A DNA stretch of 63,658 nucleotides, the filler included, from Nitrospiraceae bacterium (GTDB taxonomy: Bacteria > Nitrospirota > Nitrospiria > Nitrospirales > Nitrospiraceae): NCBI GenBank assembly GCA_037442105.1. It is 3 parts of 3 records of this genome, joined end to end, with 100 filler letters (N's around TTAATTAATTAA, not from the genome) between each part and the next. Parts side by side here need not be neighbours in the genome. Positions count along the whole stretch, not along the records: positions 28,833 to 52,313 come from JBBIQV010000040.1; 2 more parts are not named here. One strand, 5' to 3'. Below the pieces are notes generated by a model. The model saw only the letters and a list, made by a program, of their open reading frames with translations. It was not told the DNA's origin and made no database searches. Shown one piece after another: positions 41,200 to 51,818 of this stretch. Numbering within the stretch: position 1 is the first letter of the stretch; each line of letters starts with the position of its first letter. Position numbers and translations under genes: made by a program.

Positions 41200-42792
41200 T
41201 TACTCCGGCATCCCGTGGTCGTCGTCGCCCTCCGGTTGAGCCGGATACGATCCAGGACCAGGCAGCAGCGAAGAGGTCGCTTGATTTCCCGCCGCTGCGG
41301 CGCCCTTCTCATAGACCAACACCGCTCCAGGATTCGATCCCACGGTGACTTTTTGCTTCTCTTGGTTGTCCGTCGCATTAATGATGGAAATAGAGTTGTC
41401 CGTGCTGTTGGAGACCACAAGGTATTTCGGCTCGCCTGCACCCTGAACGAGCACGTCGAAACTATGGCCCCCTGTTGCTGGCAACACAATTTCCCGCAAC
41501 AGCGTGAGGGCTGGAGTTGCTGCGTTCAATGTCGACGCATCGAAGGCAAAGAGGCGGTCTTTCTTCGTGGCGGTCGCGGCGTTTCCCGCCAGGATGTAGA
41601 ATCGTTTTCCATCCGGCGAGAATTTGAACGAGCCGGGAGAAGTGCCGTTGAGCTCCGCAATGGTGAAGTCGGTGCGGACCGGCGGATCAACGCTGATGTC
41701 CAGCACCCCGAGTTTTGTGCCCGTGGCAGGAGTCGTATCCCCGCGCAACAGCAGGAAGCGGCCATCCGGCGTGATCCCGTAAGCCGTGTAGGGCGTCGTG
41801 CTCAGATCGAATGTCCGTGTGATCGCCAGAGTTGCCGGATTGATTTCCACGATCGTGCGATAGTTCTCCTGGATGCTGTAGATCTTCCCGGTGAGCTTCG
41901 AGAAGCGAATGCCGTGAGGATTGGCGTTATTCACTGTGAAGGGAGTGGTCAAGGGAGTTGCGCTCTCGTCATTGCACACAGCCGGCGATGGCCTCGTGGC
42001 CTCCTTAGCGATATCGCACAGGTCGATACGGGCGATCAGCTTCCGATAGGTCGCCACATCGGCCGGATCGTTGCCGATGACCGCAATCTCTCCGGCGGTC
42101 GCGCTGGAGACAAAGGCTCTTTTCGGAATTCCTGTCCCTGATGAAAAGGCCGCCACCTTGTGGCCATCGGCCAGCACACAGACCGTCGCCTCGACCGTGG
42201 GAGGATGCCCGCCCGGACCGAGGTGCGAGTTATGCAGGATCGTGACCGAGCCGCCAACCACCGGACCGCCGGCTCTCGCGGCATTGTTGCAGTTGATCAA
42301 GTCATCCCCTGGTGTGGTCGTGCCGCCAGCATTGTCGCCGTCGTTCATCGACCACATGACTTCGCCGTCGGTCGGGTCGCGGTAGATATGGACGGGACGG
42401 GTCCCCGTGGCGAGATTCGCTTCGTGAGTCGGGACGGCGTTGGTCAGAGGATCAATCGTCGCCACTTTATTCGCGGCCCCCAAATTGATGAACAGCCAGT
42501 CCTCCGCCGAGAATTGCATGTCGCCGAGCGCGCCGCCTTCAAACTCCGACGAGGCGATCGTTCCCAGCACAGCATTTCCCGAGTCTCCCTTCAACGCCAC
42601 GCTCGTAAGAGTCTTGTCTCCGGTGTTGTTCACGAACACGATCGGCCCTTGAAGAGCGGAGCTGCCACTGGTCGTCGCTTGACTGCTCGCCGTCTCGCCT
42701 GCGCTACACCCGGCAAGGCCGGCCAGTACGAGCGCCGTTGCACCCAACTTCAGGAATGTTCCTGCATCGTTGTTGTTGCTTTTCGTTCTCAT
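41200..42792 (-). CDS. YVTN/YncE-like beta-propeller lipoprotein
   Basis: LAG-C lipobox; PVHIY, PHGI, TPDGR, SPDGKR blades; start at ATG 42792. Confidence 0.8.
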   Translation of the reverse strand: MRTKSNNNDAGTFLKLGATALVLAGLAGCSAGETASSQATTSGSSALQGPIVFVNNTGDKTLTSVALKGDSGNAVLGTIASSEFEGGALGDMQFSAEDWLFINLGAANKVATIDPLTNAVPTHEANLATGTRPVHIYRDPTDGEVMWSMNDGDNAGGTTTPGDDLINCNNAARAGGPVVGGSVTILHNSHLGPGGHPPTVEATVCVLADGHKVAAFSSGTGIPKRAFVSSATAGEIAVIGNDPADVATYRKLIARIDLCDIAKEATRPSPAVCNDESATPLTTPFTVNNANPHGIRFSKLTGKIYSIQENYRTIVEINPATLAITRTFDLSTTPYTAYGITPDGRFLLLRGDTTPATGTKLGVLDISVDPPVRTDFTIAELNGTSPGSFKFSPDGKRFYILAGNAATATKKDRLFAFDASTLNAATPALTLLREIVLPATGGHSFDVLVQGAGEPKYLVVSNSTDNSISIINATDNQEKQKVTVGSNPGAVLVYEKGAAAAGNQATSSLLPGPGSYPAQPEGDDDHGMPE

Positions 42793-42830
42793 GGACAATC
42801 CCTCACTTCTTTGTTTCATGCAATGGTTTC

Positions 42831-43901
42831 TTATGACCCGCCCAATAATTGGAACGACTTGGTGAGCCCAAACACATAGCTGCGTTGCTGTTCGAGATTC
42901 CCATTGAAATCCCGATAGACGGGAATCTGCGCGATGAAATAAAACGACGCTTGGCCCCAGAGGTTCAGCATGATGCCGGGCGAGTAGGCCACGTAGGTCG
43001 AGCCGGTCGTCGGGACCGCCCGAAACTTGACCGTCGGATCGAGAAGAATGGAGCTTCCCGTGGCCGGATTGAACTGAAAGAGGGCCGCATCCATGGCATC
43101 GTTCTGCATCCAGCGATAATTGACTTGCTGCGTCAGCACGAGCCACGGGGTTTTTTCGATGGGGATGAGATTGAAGCCGGCGCTGAGATTGACTTCATCG
43201 CCGAACTTGTACCCGTCGCTGTTTTTCAACGTGTGACGGTAGCTCGCCAGCGCGAATTGGTTGAGCCGGTGCGGGATCAACTCGTAGGTCTGGTAGATCG
43301 TCGGCACGAACCCGACGTTGCCACGGCCGATCTGGAGCGTCGATTCGGCCAGCGACCCTCCCCGCACCCGCTGACCGTAGTCGCCGGTCGGCAGATCGAC
43401 GCCCATTCCGACCACCACCATGCTGCGCAAGGTCGGCAGCAGGTTGTATTTCAGCGCCACGCGGATGTCCCCCAGCCCTTTGTCGCCATAGGGCACGGGG
43501 TTCAGCCCGCCGATTTGCGCGTCCGAGTTGACCTGCTTGTAGGGAACCGTCACTTGCAGGCCGAACCGCTCCGTCAGCCCGTAATTCATGTCCAACGTGG
43601 TGGTTCGGACCAGTGTGCGAATCTGGCTGACATTGAGATTGGCCAGCGTGAGCCTTCGATCCCCCTGATTGGCGAAAGGGATGTTGCCACCTTGTCCTGG
43701 CGGCGCTTCCATCGGCGTGTAGTTATAGATGGCATTGACCGTCAGGAGGCCTGCCATCGGCACTTGCTGCTGCGATCCGATGACCACGAAACAGCTCACC
43801 GAGCCGCAGGAGGCCTTCACCTGCGCCGGCCACGTCAGGACAGCGGCGACAACGAGCGCACATATGAACTCGTGAGGATACAATCGTCGCGTGATTCTCA
43901 T
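42831..43901 (-). CDS. Putative outer-membrane beta-barrel transporter, paralog 2
   Basis: Signal peptide, N-terminal ASCGSVSC, GLGDI, LPTG motifs. Confidence 0.75.
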   Translation of the reverse strand: MRITRRLYPHEFICALVVAAVLTWPAQVKASCGSVSCFVVIGSQQQVPMAGLLTVNAIYNYTPMEAPPGQGGNIPFANQGDRRLTLANLNVSQIRTLVRTTTLDMNYGLTERFGLQVTVPYKQVNSDAQIGGLNPVPYGDKGLGDIRVALKYNLLPTLRSMVVVGMGVDLPTGDYGQRVRGGSLAESTLQIGRGNVGFVPTIYQTYELIPHRLNQFALASYRHTLKNSDGYKFGDEVNLSAGFNLIPIEKTPWLVLTQQVNYRWMQNDAMDAALFQFNPATGSSILLDPTVKFRAVPTTGSTYVAYSPGIMLNLWGQASFYFIAQIPVYRDFNGNLEQQRSYVFGLTKSFQLLGGS

Positions 43902-44002
43902 CGCAAGATCGTCTTTCTTCAGACCAAGCCCATCCGCGCATGGACGATTCCATGCGTGCGCCTGGCACTGACGACGGAATGAAGAATGAAATGGAACGGC
44001 GT

Positions 44003-44314
44003 TCAGTTGAGAATCGAGGGAGGACCGCGGGGGAAGATAAGGGAGGAAACAAGGCGTTCATACTGGTCGGCGCAAACGTCCTTGACGCAGCCGACCAACC
44101 GGAGTGACGACTCCAGGAAAACTGACGAGGTTTCAATTCCTTGACCCGCGGCGCAAAGCCAGGCACAGAGGCCGGTGCTATGCGTGTTGGCGTGATGCTG
44201 GGCATGGTGCCCGGCATGAGCCACGCTGGGTGCAGCCATGAGCCCGTTTGCCAGCACGAGGCACAGCAGCAGGGACCACGCCAGCCCGGATCGTTTCAAT
44301 GGGTTACGCTTCAT
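44003..44314 (-). CDS. His/Cys-rich RGPP leader peptide 3 (DUF2946/CruR-like)
   Basis: Hydrophobic N-terminus, HAGHHAQHH, LCAWLC, C-terminal RGPP. Confidence 0.8.
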   Translation of the reverse strand: MKRNPLKRSGLAWSLLLCLVLANGLMAAPSVAHAGHHAQHHANTHSTGLCAWLCAAGQGIETSSVFLESSLRLVGCVKDVCADQYERLVSSLIFPRGPPSILN

Positions 44315-44336
44315 CTTCGAACTCGTTCACAGCCAG

Positions 44337-44494
44337 CCCGCATTATTCATGAACGCTTCTGCTGCAAACACCAAAGAGCAAGTAGCTGGTAGCGAACAGC
44401 GAACAGCCGGAGAGAGAGAAATCCTCTTGAGCTATGCGCTACTTGCTATTCGCTCTTCGCTGATTCCGCGACGAACCGTCATGAATAATGTGGG
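44337..44494. mobile_element. MITE-like element, copy 3 (158 bp)
   Basis: Same TIRs (one mismatch), flanks CCAG/CTAG, interior heptamer hairpin. Confidence 0.85.
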
Positions 44495-45574
44495 CTAGCT
44501 CTTTGCCAACTGTAAATAATGCGTCACCCCGAACAAGAAACTGGTTCCTTGCGCCAGGTTGTTGTTGGAATCCCGCGCGATGGGAATTTGCGCGTTGAAG
44601 TAGATCTGTGTCTGATTACCCACGCTCACCATGAAGCCGGGAGTAAACGCGAGATAGCTGGACCCGGAGTTGGGCACCCGGCGGTCCAGAATCGTCGAAT
44701 TGATCGTCACAGGATCTCCCCCACCGGCACTGGGCGGCAGCGCCTGGCGGAGGGAGGACGTAAAGTTGTCATGTGTCAGGTAGCGATAATTGAACTGGCT
44801 TGTTAAGACGAGCCACGGCACGGTGACCAGATTTGCTCCCACGTTGAGGAGATATTCGTCGCCGAACTGATATCCATCGCTGTTCCGAAACGTATGCCGG
44901 TAACTGGCAAAGGCGAACTGGTTCAACCGCTGGGGGATCAGTTCATACGATTGATACACGGAGCCAATGACTCCCACTTGACCTCGCCCAATCTGGAGAG
45001 GCGATTCTTGCGCCAACCCGCGACTATCTTTCGCACCATAATCCCCGGTCGGCAGATCAACACCGAATCCCATGATGACCAGATTTCGCAACGTCGGCAG
45101 CACGTTATACTTGGCGGTGATGCGAACATCGCCGACCCCATTGTCCGAGAACAATGACGTTTCGCCCGCGCCCCCGTTGGCCTCACCAACCTCGTCAAGA
45201 TGCCGGTGCTTCCGCCTTACATAGGGCACCGTGACCTGGACACCGAAACGGTCCGTCACCCCATAATTCATGTCGAGCGTGTAGGTCTGACTGATCGTCC
45301 GGGTTTCCCTGTGCTCATCCAGCGTCATACGCCGACGATCTTGGTTGGTGTGAGGAATAAACCCTTCGGTGCCGCTGAGGAGCCGCATCGGCGTGTAGTT
45401 ATACATGCCATTGATTGTCAGCACACCATGTTGTGGCACTTGCTGTTGCGACCCGACTACCACAAAACAACTGACTGCCCCGCAGGAGGCCTGCGCGCGC
45501 GACGCGATCGTAAGACTTCCAACGCATAAGGCTAAAATTGCGAGTATGGCGATTCGTCCCATTTGCCTGTTCAT
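44495..45574 (-). CDS. Putative outer-membrane beta-barrel transporter, paralog 1
   Basis: ASCGAVSC, KHRH loop; clearly paralogous to 42831..43901. Confidence 0.75.
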   Translation of the reverse strand: MNRQMGRIAILAILALCVGSLTIASRAQASCGAVSCFVVVGSQQQVPQHGVLTINGMYNYTPMRLLSGTEGFIPHTNQDRRRMTLDEHRETRTISQTYTLDMNYGVTDRFGVQVTVPYVRRKHRHLDEVGEANGGAGETSLFSDNGVGDVRITAKYNVLPTLRNLVIMGFGVDLPTGDYGAKDSRGLAQESPLQIGRGQVGVIGSVYQSYELIPQRLNQFAFASYRHTFRNSDGYQFGDEYLLNVGANLVTVPWLVLTSQFNYRYLTHDNFTSSLRQALPPSAGGGDPVTINSTILDRRVPNSGSSYLAFTPGFMVSVGNQTQIYFNAQIPIARDSNNNLAQGTSFLFGVTHYLQLAKS

Positions 45575-45730
45575 ACTTTCTCCATAAGCTCTTGTTTATC
45601 CGCCACCTCTCACATGGACAGTGGCAGCATATCGGTTCGCACCCGGAGATCGAGCGTCCGTTTCCCGCCCATCCTGTAACAGAACAGGCAAAACGCTGAC
45701 GATACCGAGCCCGGCTGTCGAAAGGACCGT

Positions 45731-46036
45731 TTAGGCAGAAAGAACGGGAGGACCGCGGGAGGTCGGAGATTCGACCGGCTGGCAGGCAGGTTCTTGAAAG
45801 ACAACTGCGAGGTCGCAGGCGAGGACTTCAAAATGGGTTTGCGGGGCGAGCTGGACTCCGTCGAGCATCTGCCCGGCGGCGCACATCCAGGAACAGAGAA
45901 CCGAGCTGTGGGTGGTGGCCTGGTGATGCGCGTGGTGCGCCGCATGCGCGACCGACTGCGGATAGACGAGCCCGCTCAGCAGGAATAGAAAGGCCGCGAG
46001 GGACCAGGCGGCGAATGTACGCGTCACGGCAGCCAT
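45731..46036 (-). CDS. His/Cys-rich RGPP leader peptide 2
   Basis: HAAHHAHH, LCSWMC, PTSRGPP; starts 7 nt after the tlpA-like stop. Confidence 0.8.
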   Translation of the reverse strand: MAAVTRTFAAWSLAAFLFLLSGLVYPQSVAHAAHHAHHQATTHSSVLCSWMCAAGQMLDGVQLAPQTHFEVLACDLAVVFQEPACQPVESPTSRGPPVLSA

Positions 46037-46043
46037 GCTCTTC

Positions 46044-46598
46044 TTAGCGCAGCGAGGCGGCCTTGATGGGCTCACGAGTCTGGATGCGAGCGACGACTTC
46101 GTTGATCTTCTCCTCCGTGAGCAGCCCGCCCTTGATGTATTCCTGCACCACGCCTTTCTCGTCGATGAAGACGCTCACGGGGAGACCGAACACACCGTAC
46201 AGATTCGCCACGCGATTGTCTTTGTCCAGCAACACGGGAAACGTATGGCCGTGGTTCTTGATATGCTCGCGCACTTTGGCTTCATCTTCGAGTTCGTTGA
46301 TCGCCAACACCACAAAACCCTTGTCGTGTAACCGGTCATAGCACGCCTGCATCGCCGGCATCTCCGTCGTGCAAGGCTTGCACCAGGTCGCCCAGAAATT
46401 CAAAAGCACGATCTTGCCGCGGTACTCAGCGAGTTGATGTGTACGTCCCTCCAAATCCACGAGACTGAAATCCGATGCGGGAATCCCTGCATGGGGCGGC
46501 CTGGACCCCATGCTCCAAACCATGCCCTCGCCGCTACCGAGCAGCAGACACGCCAACACCAAAAACCCCGCGGTTGTTTGCTTGTTCCACACTCTCAT
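46044..46598 (-). CDS. TlpA/ResA-like thiol-disulfide oxidoreductase
   Basis: NFWATWCKPC, GLP; SD GGAGGA. Confidence 0.9.
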   Translation of the reverse strand: MRVWNKQTTAGFLVLACLLLGSGEGMVWSMGSRPPHAGIPASDFSLVDLEGRTHQLAEYRGKIVLLNFWATWCKPCTTEMPAMQACYDRLHDKGFVVLAINELEDEAKVREHIKNHGHTFPVLLDKDNRVANLYGVFGLPVSVFIDEKGVVQEYIKGGLLTEEKINEVVARIQTREPIKAASLR

Positions 46599-46735
46599 GT
46601 TTGTCCTCCTGGTCTCCAGAACAGAATCCTCATTTAGCTGGCTCCCGGAGTCGCTGGACATACAGGTTAACCTTCAGCCAAGAGGCTGAGTGTCAAACGC
46701 TGAGTCGTGACACGAGAGAGCCGACAGCCCTGAGT

Positions 46736-47041
46736 TCAAACAGAGAGAACGGGAGGACCGCGGGAGGTCGGAAGCTCGATTGGCTGACTAGACGGTTCTT
46801 GAAAGACAACGGCGAGATCGAACGCGAGAAGATCGAAGCGTGGCTGCAAGGCGAACTGGATCCCATCCAGCATCTGCCCCGTCGCACACATCCAGGAGCA
46901 AAGAACGGAGCTGTGAGTTGCCGCTTGATGGTGCGCGTGGCGCGACTCATGCTCGACCGCCTGCGCGTACACGAGGCCGTTGAGGGACAGCGCACAAATA
47001 ATGACGAACAGCGAGAGGGATTTCTGGCGAAGGAGGCGCAT
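46736..47041 (-). CDS. His/Cys-rich RGPP leader peptide 1
   Basis: HESRHAHH, LCSWMC, PTSRGPP. Confidence 0.8.
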   Translation of the reverse strand: MRLLRQKSLSLFVIICALSLNGLVYAQAVEHESRHAHHQAATHSSVLCSWMCATGQMLDGIQFALQPRFDLLAFDLAVVFQEPSSQPIELPTSRGPPVLSV

Positions 47042-47222
47042 AACACCACTTCCTAATGACGGCATGCTAGTTAACCAGCCGATCCGCTGTCAAGACGGTG
47101 GCGTGGACAACGGCATCTATAGGATTCACACGTGAATTGCTGTATACTGCCTCTCGAATGACCGGCGTTATGACAAATGTCATACGTCTTCGTGATTTTC
47201 TTAGACGCCTGACTACTGCTCC

Positions 47223-49928
47223 ATGTTGACTCGTCTCCTGAATCTGGTCTTCGGCAGCAAGAACGACCGTGAGATCAAGGCGCTCCGGCCGACTGTGGAC
47301 CGCATCGCCGCCATCGAGCCGAGCCTGACCTCGCTGTCCGACCATGCCCTAACCGACAAGACCCAAGAGTTCCGCAAGCGATTTGAAGCCGGCGAGACGC
47401 TCGACGACCTTTTGCCGGAAGCCTTCGCCGTCTGTCGCGAAGCATCCCGCCGCCGGCTCAACATGCGCCACTTCGATGTGCAGTTGATCGGCGGCATGAT
47501 CCTGCATAAGGGCCGGATTGCTGAAATGAAAACCGGCGAAGGGAAGACGCTGGTGGCCACGCTGCCGCTCTATTTGAATGCCCTCGAAGGCAAAGGCGCG
47601 CATCTCGTGACCGTCAACGACTATCTCGCCAAGCGGGATGCCCAATGGATGGGCCAGATCTATCACGCGCTCGGCCTCTCCGTCGGCGTGATCCAGCATG
47701 AGGCCTCCTTCTTGTTCGATCCGGCCTACGACGCGGCGGACAAGCGGCTCCAACATCTCCGCCCCTGCACCAGGCAAGAGGCCTATCATGCCGATATCAC
47801 CTACGGGACGAATAACGAATACGGATTTGACTTCCTGCGAGACAATTTGATCGTCAGCGATCTCAGCCAATGCGTGCAGCGGGAGCTGAACTTCGCGATT
47901 GTGGACGAGGTCGACAGCATCCTGATCGACGAAGCCCGAACCCCTCTGATCATTTCCGGTCCGACCGACCAATCCACCGATCTCTATTACCGGATCAATT
48001 CGATCATTCCCCAGCTCAAGGCCGAGCGCGATTACACCATCGAAGAGAAAACCAAGACGGCCTCGCTCACGGAAGACGGCAACACCAAAGTGGAAAAGCT
48101 CCTCGGCGTGGATAACCTCTACGATCTGGCCCACATGGACCTGGTCCACCACGTCGTCAAAGCTCTCCAGGCCCATACGCTCTACAAGCGCGATGTGGAC
48201 TATGTCGTGAAGGACGGCGAGGTCATCATCGTGGACGAATTCACCGGCCGGCTCATGCCGGGCCGCCGGTGGAGCGATGGGCTGCACCAGGCGGTGGAAG
48301 CTAAGGAAGGCGTGAAGATCGCCAACGAGAACCAGACGCTCGCCTCCGTGACCTTCCAGAATTATTTCCGCATGTACAAGAAGCTGGCCGGCATGACCGG
48401 CACCGCGGATACAGAGGCGGGCGAGTTCGCCAAAATCTACAACCTGGACGTGAACGTCGTGCCGACGAATCGCCAGATGATCCGGAACGATTACGCAGAC
48501 GTCGTGTACCGCACGGAAAAGGAAAAGTTCAACGCCATCGTGGAAGAAATCAAGGATTGTTACGAACGAGGCCAGCCGGTGCTGGTCGGCACGATTTCTA
48601 TCGAGAAGTCGGAACGGCTTGCCGGCTACCTCAGCCGGCACGGGATCAAACACAATGTGCTGAACGCGAAGTACCACGAGAAGGAAGCGGAGATCATCGC
48701 GCAGGCCGGCCGCAAAGGCGCCGTGACCATCGCGACGAACATGGCGGGCCGCGGCACCGACATCCTCCTCGGTGGGAATCCCGACTTCCTGTTCAAGCGC
48801 GTGCTCTATCAGGACGAGAACCTGCCGGACGACCGCAAGCTCGCCATCTACGAAGAGATCAAGGCCGACTGCGAGAAAGACAAGCAGGAGGTCCTGGCGG
48901 TGGGCGGCCTGCACATTCTCGGGACCGAGCGGCACGAGAGCCGCCGTATCGACAATCAGCTCCGCGGGCGCGCGGGCCGGCAGGGCGATCCCGGCTCCTC
49001 GCGGTTTTTTCTCTCTCTAGAAGACGACCTGCTCCGGATCTTCGCCTCCGAGCGCATTTCCAACCTCATGCTCAAACTGGGCATGGAGGAAGATATTCCG
49101 ATCGAGCATCGCATGGTCACGCGCGCGATTGAGAACGCGCAAAAGAAAGTCGAAGGCCACAACTTCGATATCCGCAAGCAACTCCTCGAATACGACGACG
49201 TCATGAACAAGCAGCGCGAGGTCATCTACCAGCATCGGCGCGCTGTGCTCGCCGGCGAGAACATCACGGACGATATACGCGAGATGATGACGGAAGTGGT
49301 GAACGGTTATACGGATGTCTATTGCCCGGCCGACCACTATCCGGAAGAATGGGACTTCAAAGGACTCAGCGACGCCCTGCATGGCCAATTCGGGCTGGAC
49401 ATCACCCAAGGCACCGGTGATCCGGCCCATCATTTTAGGGAACACGGACGCGACGCATTACTCGCCGACCTGCAGAAGCAGGTGCAGGACACTTACGGCA
49501 GGAAAGAACAGGAGTTGGGCGCCGACCTCATGCGGTACCTGGAGAAGATTCTGCTCCTCCAAGTGATCGACCACCACTGGAAAGACCATTTGCTGGGTAT
49601 GGACCAGCTCCGCGACGGCATCGGCCTGCGCGGTTACGGCCAGAAGGACCCGCTGATCGAATATAAGCGCGAAGGCTTCGACATGTTCGCCGGCATGATG
49701 GACCGCATCAAGGCTGATGTGCTCGATCGCCTCTTCCACGTGCAAGCCGTCAAGAGCAATGCACCGCCGCCCACGCCCATTTCGCAACCTCCCGTGCGGC
49801 TATCCCTCAACCGCGGCGATGAACCAGCCACGCCACAAACCGTCCACCGCGCCCACGAAAAAGTCGGCCGCAACGATCCCTGCCCCTGCGGTAGCGGGAA
49901 GAAATACAAGAAGTGCCACGGAGCGTGA
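47223..49928 (+). CDS. secA: Preprotein translocase subunit SecA
   Basis: [30 protein letters not shown] motif [13 protein letters not shown]. Confidence 0.98.
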   Translation: MLTRLLNLVFGSKNDREIKALRPTVDRIAAIEPSLTSLSDHALTDKTQEFRKRFEAGETLDDLLPEAFAVCREASRRRLNMRHFDVQLIGGMILHKGRIAEMKTGEGKTLVATLPLYLNALEGKGAHLVTVNDYLAKRDAQWMGQIYHALGLSVGVIQHEASFLFDPAYDAADKRLQHLRPCTRQEAYHADITYGTNNEYGFDFLRDNLIVSDLSQCVQRELNFAIVDEVDSILIDEARTPLIISGPTDQSTDLYYRINSIIPQLKAERDYTIEEKTKTASLTEDGNTKVEKLLGVDNLYDLAHMDLVHHVVKALQAHTLYKRDVDYVVKDGEVIIVDEFTGRLMPGRRWSDGLHQAVEAKEGVKIANENQTLASVTFQNYFRMYKKLAGMTGTADTEAGEFAKIYNLDVNVVPTNRQMIRNDYADVVYRTEKEKFNAIVEEIKDCYERGQPVLVGTISIEKSERLAGYLSRHGIKHNVLNAKYHEKEAEIIAQAGRKGAVTIATNMAGRGTDILLGGNPDFLFKRVLYQDENLPDDRKLAIYEEIKADCEKDKQEVLAVGGLHILGTERHESRRIDNQLRGRAGRQGDPGSSRFFLSLEDDLLRIFASERISNLMLKLGMEEDIPIEHRMVTRAIENAQKKVEGHNFDIRKQLLEYDDVMNKQREVIYQHRRAVLAGENITDDIREMMTEVVNGYTDVYCPADHYPEEWDFKGLSDALHGQFGLDITQGTGDPAHHFREHGRDALLADLQKQVQDTYGRKEQELGADLMRYLEKILLLQVIDHHWKDHLLGMDQLRDGIGLRGYGQKDPLIEYKREGFDMFAGMMDRIKADVLDRLFHVQAVKSNAPPPTPISQPPVRLSLNRGDEPATPQTVHRAHEKVGRNDPCPCGSGKKYKKCHGA

Positions 49929-49938
49929 AGAGGGGGCT

Positions 49939-50031
49939 TGGGGTGTTGGGTGAGGCTCCCTTGCTCGCGGAGCCCGCGCTTAAGAAAGCGCTCGCTCGAC
50001 GCGCGCAGTCGGAGCCTCACCCAACACCCCA
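49939..50031. repeat. Long inverted repeat after secA
   Basis: 21-bp arms TGGGGTGTTGGGTGAGGCTCC / GGAGCCTCACCCAACACCCCA. Confidence 0.8.
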
Positions 50032-50204
50032 GCCAAGAGAGAGAGAAGAAAAGCGTGGTCGCTCGACGGCCGCAAATGGAGACAACCTGACACCCCGGCA
50101 CAGAAAAGTAGGGAAAAGGGACATTGGTCCCACCGATCCGCGTGATAGAATTGTCCCCGGAGCTGAGTCCGCCCACCTTCTGTTGATGGAAGCGTAGAGA
50201 GCCC

Positions 50205-50402
50205 GTGCACTTTATCAAGATCGGTAACCGAGCGATCAATTTCGACACCATCACCTACTGCGAGATACAAGTGTGGCACGATACGACAAACGTGAAAATT
50301 CACTTTGCAGGCGCCGCGAACAATACACCCATCGTTCTGACTGAAGAGGAAGCGACAGAGTTCTGGAAATATATCGACTACATTGCCGAGAAGCCGGTCT
50401 AG
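50205..50402 (+). CDS. Small hypothetical protein
   Basis: Plausible 65-aa globular ORF with GTG start. Confidence 0.6.
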   Translation: MHFIKIGNRAINFDTITYCEIQVWHDTTNVKIHFAGAANNTPIVLTEEEATEFWKYIDYIAEKPV

Positions 50403-50596
50403 CCCGCTCCTCCCTCCTCTGTTTTCGCACCACTTGAAGGTTCCGATCTATCGGCTATTCCACCAGTTTTCACCTTGACTTGCCGCTGAATCAGCGGCTA
50501 ATGTAACGCGGTTTCGGCTCAAAACAGCGCGTAGAGAATGGGTGTCTCCTTCGCGAGAAGAAACACCGTTCGTATCGCGAGGTTGAAGGTCTACCC

Positions 50597-51808
50597 TTGA
50601 GCACTGGGCACCCAGGGTTAGTCGCCGACATCGCTGGTGAGATTGCTCGCTCCGGGCCGATCTCGTTTGCCCGCTTCATGGAGCTGGCTCTCTACCATCC
50701 AAAGTTTGGTTACTACGTCCGTCCCCCGGACCAGCCGCATGCCGAGCGCATCGGCTGGTCCGGAGACTTCTACACAAGTTCGGATGTCCACCCGATTCTT
50801 GGCCAGGCGCTCGCCAAGCAAATGATCCAGATCGATACCGCCCTTGGATATCCGGACCCCTTCACCGTCGTGGAAATGGGACCGGGCAAAGGCTTCCTGG
50901 CCCGAGACTTTCTTGCGGCCCACGCGGGCTTGTCGGAGTCCTTCTTCCACCGTCTTCGTTACATCCTCATCGAGCGCAGCCCGGCCATGCGCGACTTACA
51001 GCGTCAACATCTTGCGCCATGGAGTGGACCGGACGGTCCTCTGACCTGGGTGGCAGATCTGTCGGAGCTGCCGGCAGAGAATGTCGTCGGATTGTTCCTG
51101 TCGAACGAACTGATCGATGCGTTCCCCGTCCATCGGGTTCAAATTGTGACCGGTCAGCCGCAGGAGATCTATGTCGACCGGCGCAACGGACGATTCACCG
51201 AGACGCTGGGGCCACTATCGACGCCGGAGCTCGAACAATACCTGCATCGTTTCGCGCCGGGGCTCGCCGATGGCTACCGCACTGAGATTAATCTCCATGC
51301 CCTCCACTGGATGCGTAACGTGGCCCGCTATCTCGCTGGCGGCGTGGTCATCACGATCGATTACGGCCACACCTGCCGGGATCTGTACGGCCCAGACCGC
51401 TCGAAGGGTACCTTGCTCTGCTACTATCACCAGACGGCGTCGGAAGATCCTTACTCGCGGGTAGGCGAACAGGACATGACGGCCCACGTAAACTTCACCG
51501 GTTTGGCGACGGTCGGCGAAGAAGCGGGATTGAGTACGACAGGCTTTACCAACCAGATGAGCTTTTTGATTGGCCTGGGTGTCGAGCAGATGCTGGAGAC
51601 CCTCCAGCCCGAGTCGCCGGAGTTCTATGCAGCGATTCAGTTGTTACGCCCGGAAGGCATGGGCCGGACGTTCAAGGTCTTGATCCAGCACAAAGGGATG
51701 GCACGGCCTGAGCTGGACGGACTGAAGTTTCAGCCGTTCTTCGGCTCGGCGCTCACCGCAAGCTCGCTGGCAGCAAGTAGCAAACAGCGATCGGCTCTCA
51801 GCTATTAG
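50597..51808 (+). CDS. MidA/NDUFAF7-family (DUF185) SAM-dependent methyltransferase
   Basis: FMELALYHP..GYY, GDFYTS, EMGPGKG, SNELIDAFP, IDYG, DMTAHV. Confidence 0.9.
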   Translation: MSTGHPGLVADIAGEIARSGPISFARFMELALYHPKFGYYVRPPDQPHAERIGWSGDFYTSSDVHPILGQALAKQMIQIDTALGYPDPFTVVEMGPGKGFLARDFLAAHAGLSESFFHRLRYILIERSPAMRDLQRQHLAPWSGPDGPLTWVADLSELPAENVVGLFLSNELIDAFPVHRVQIVTGQPQEIYVDRRNGRFTETLGPLSTPELEQYLHRFAPGLADGYRTEINLHALHWMRNVARYLAGGVVITIDYGHTCRDLYGPDRSKGTLLCYYHQTASEDPYSRVGEQDMTAHVNFTGLATVGEEAGLSTTGFTNQMSFLIGLGVEQMLETLQPESPEFYAAIQLLRPEGMGRTFKVLIQHKGMARPELDGLKFQPFFGSALTASSLAASSKQRSALSY

Positions 51809-51818
51809 CCATTCGCTT

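Noticed and set aside
46736..47223. RGPP leader 1 as a SecM-like regulator of secA
   Set aside because: It is divergent from secA, so it cannot act in cis on secA translation
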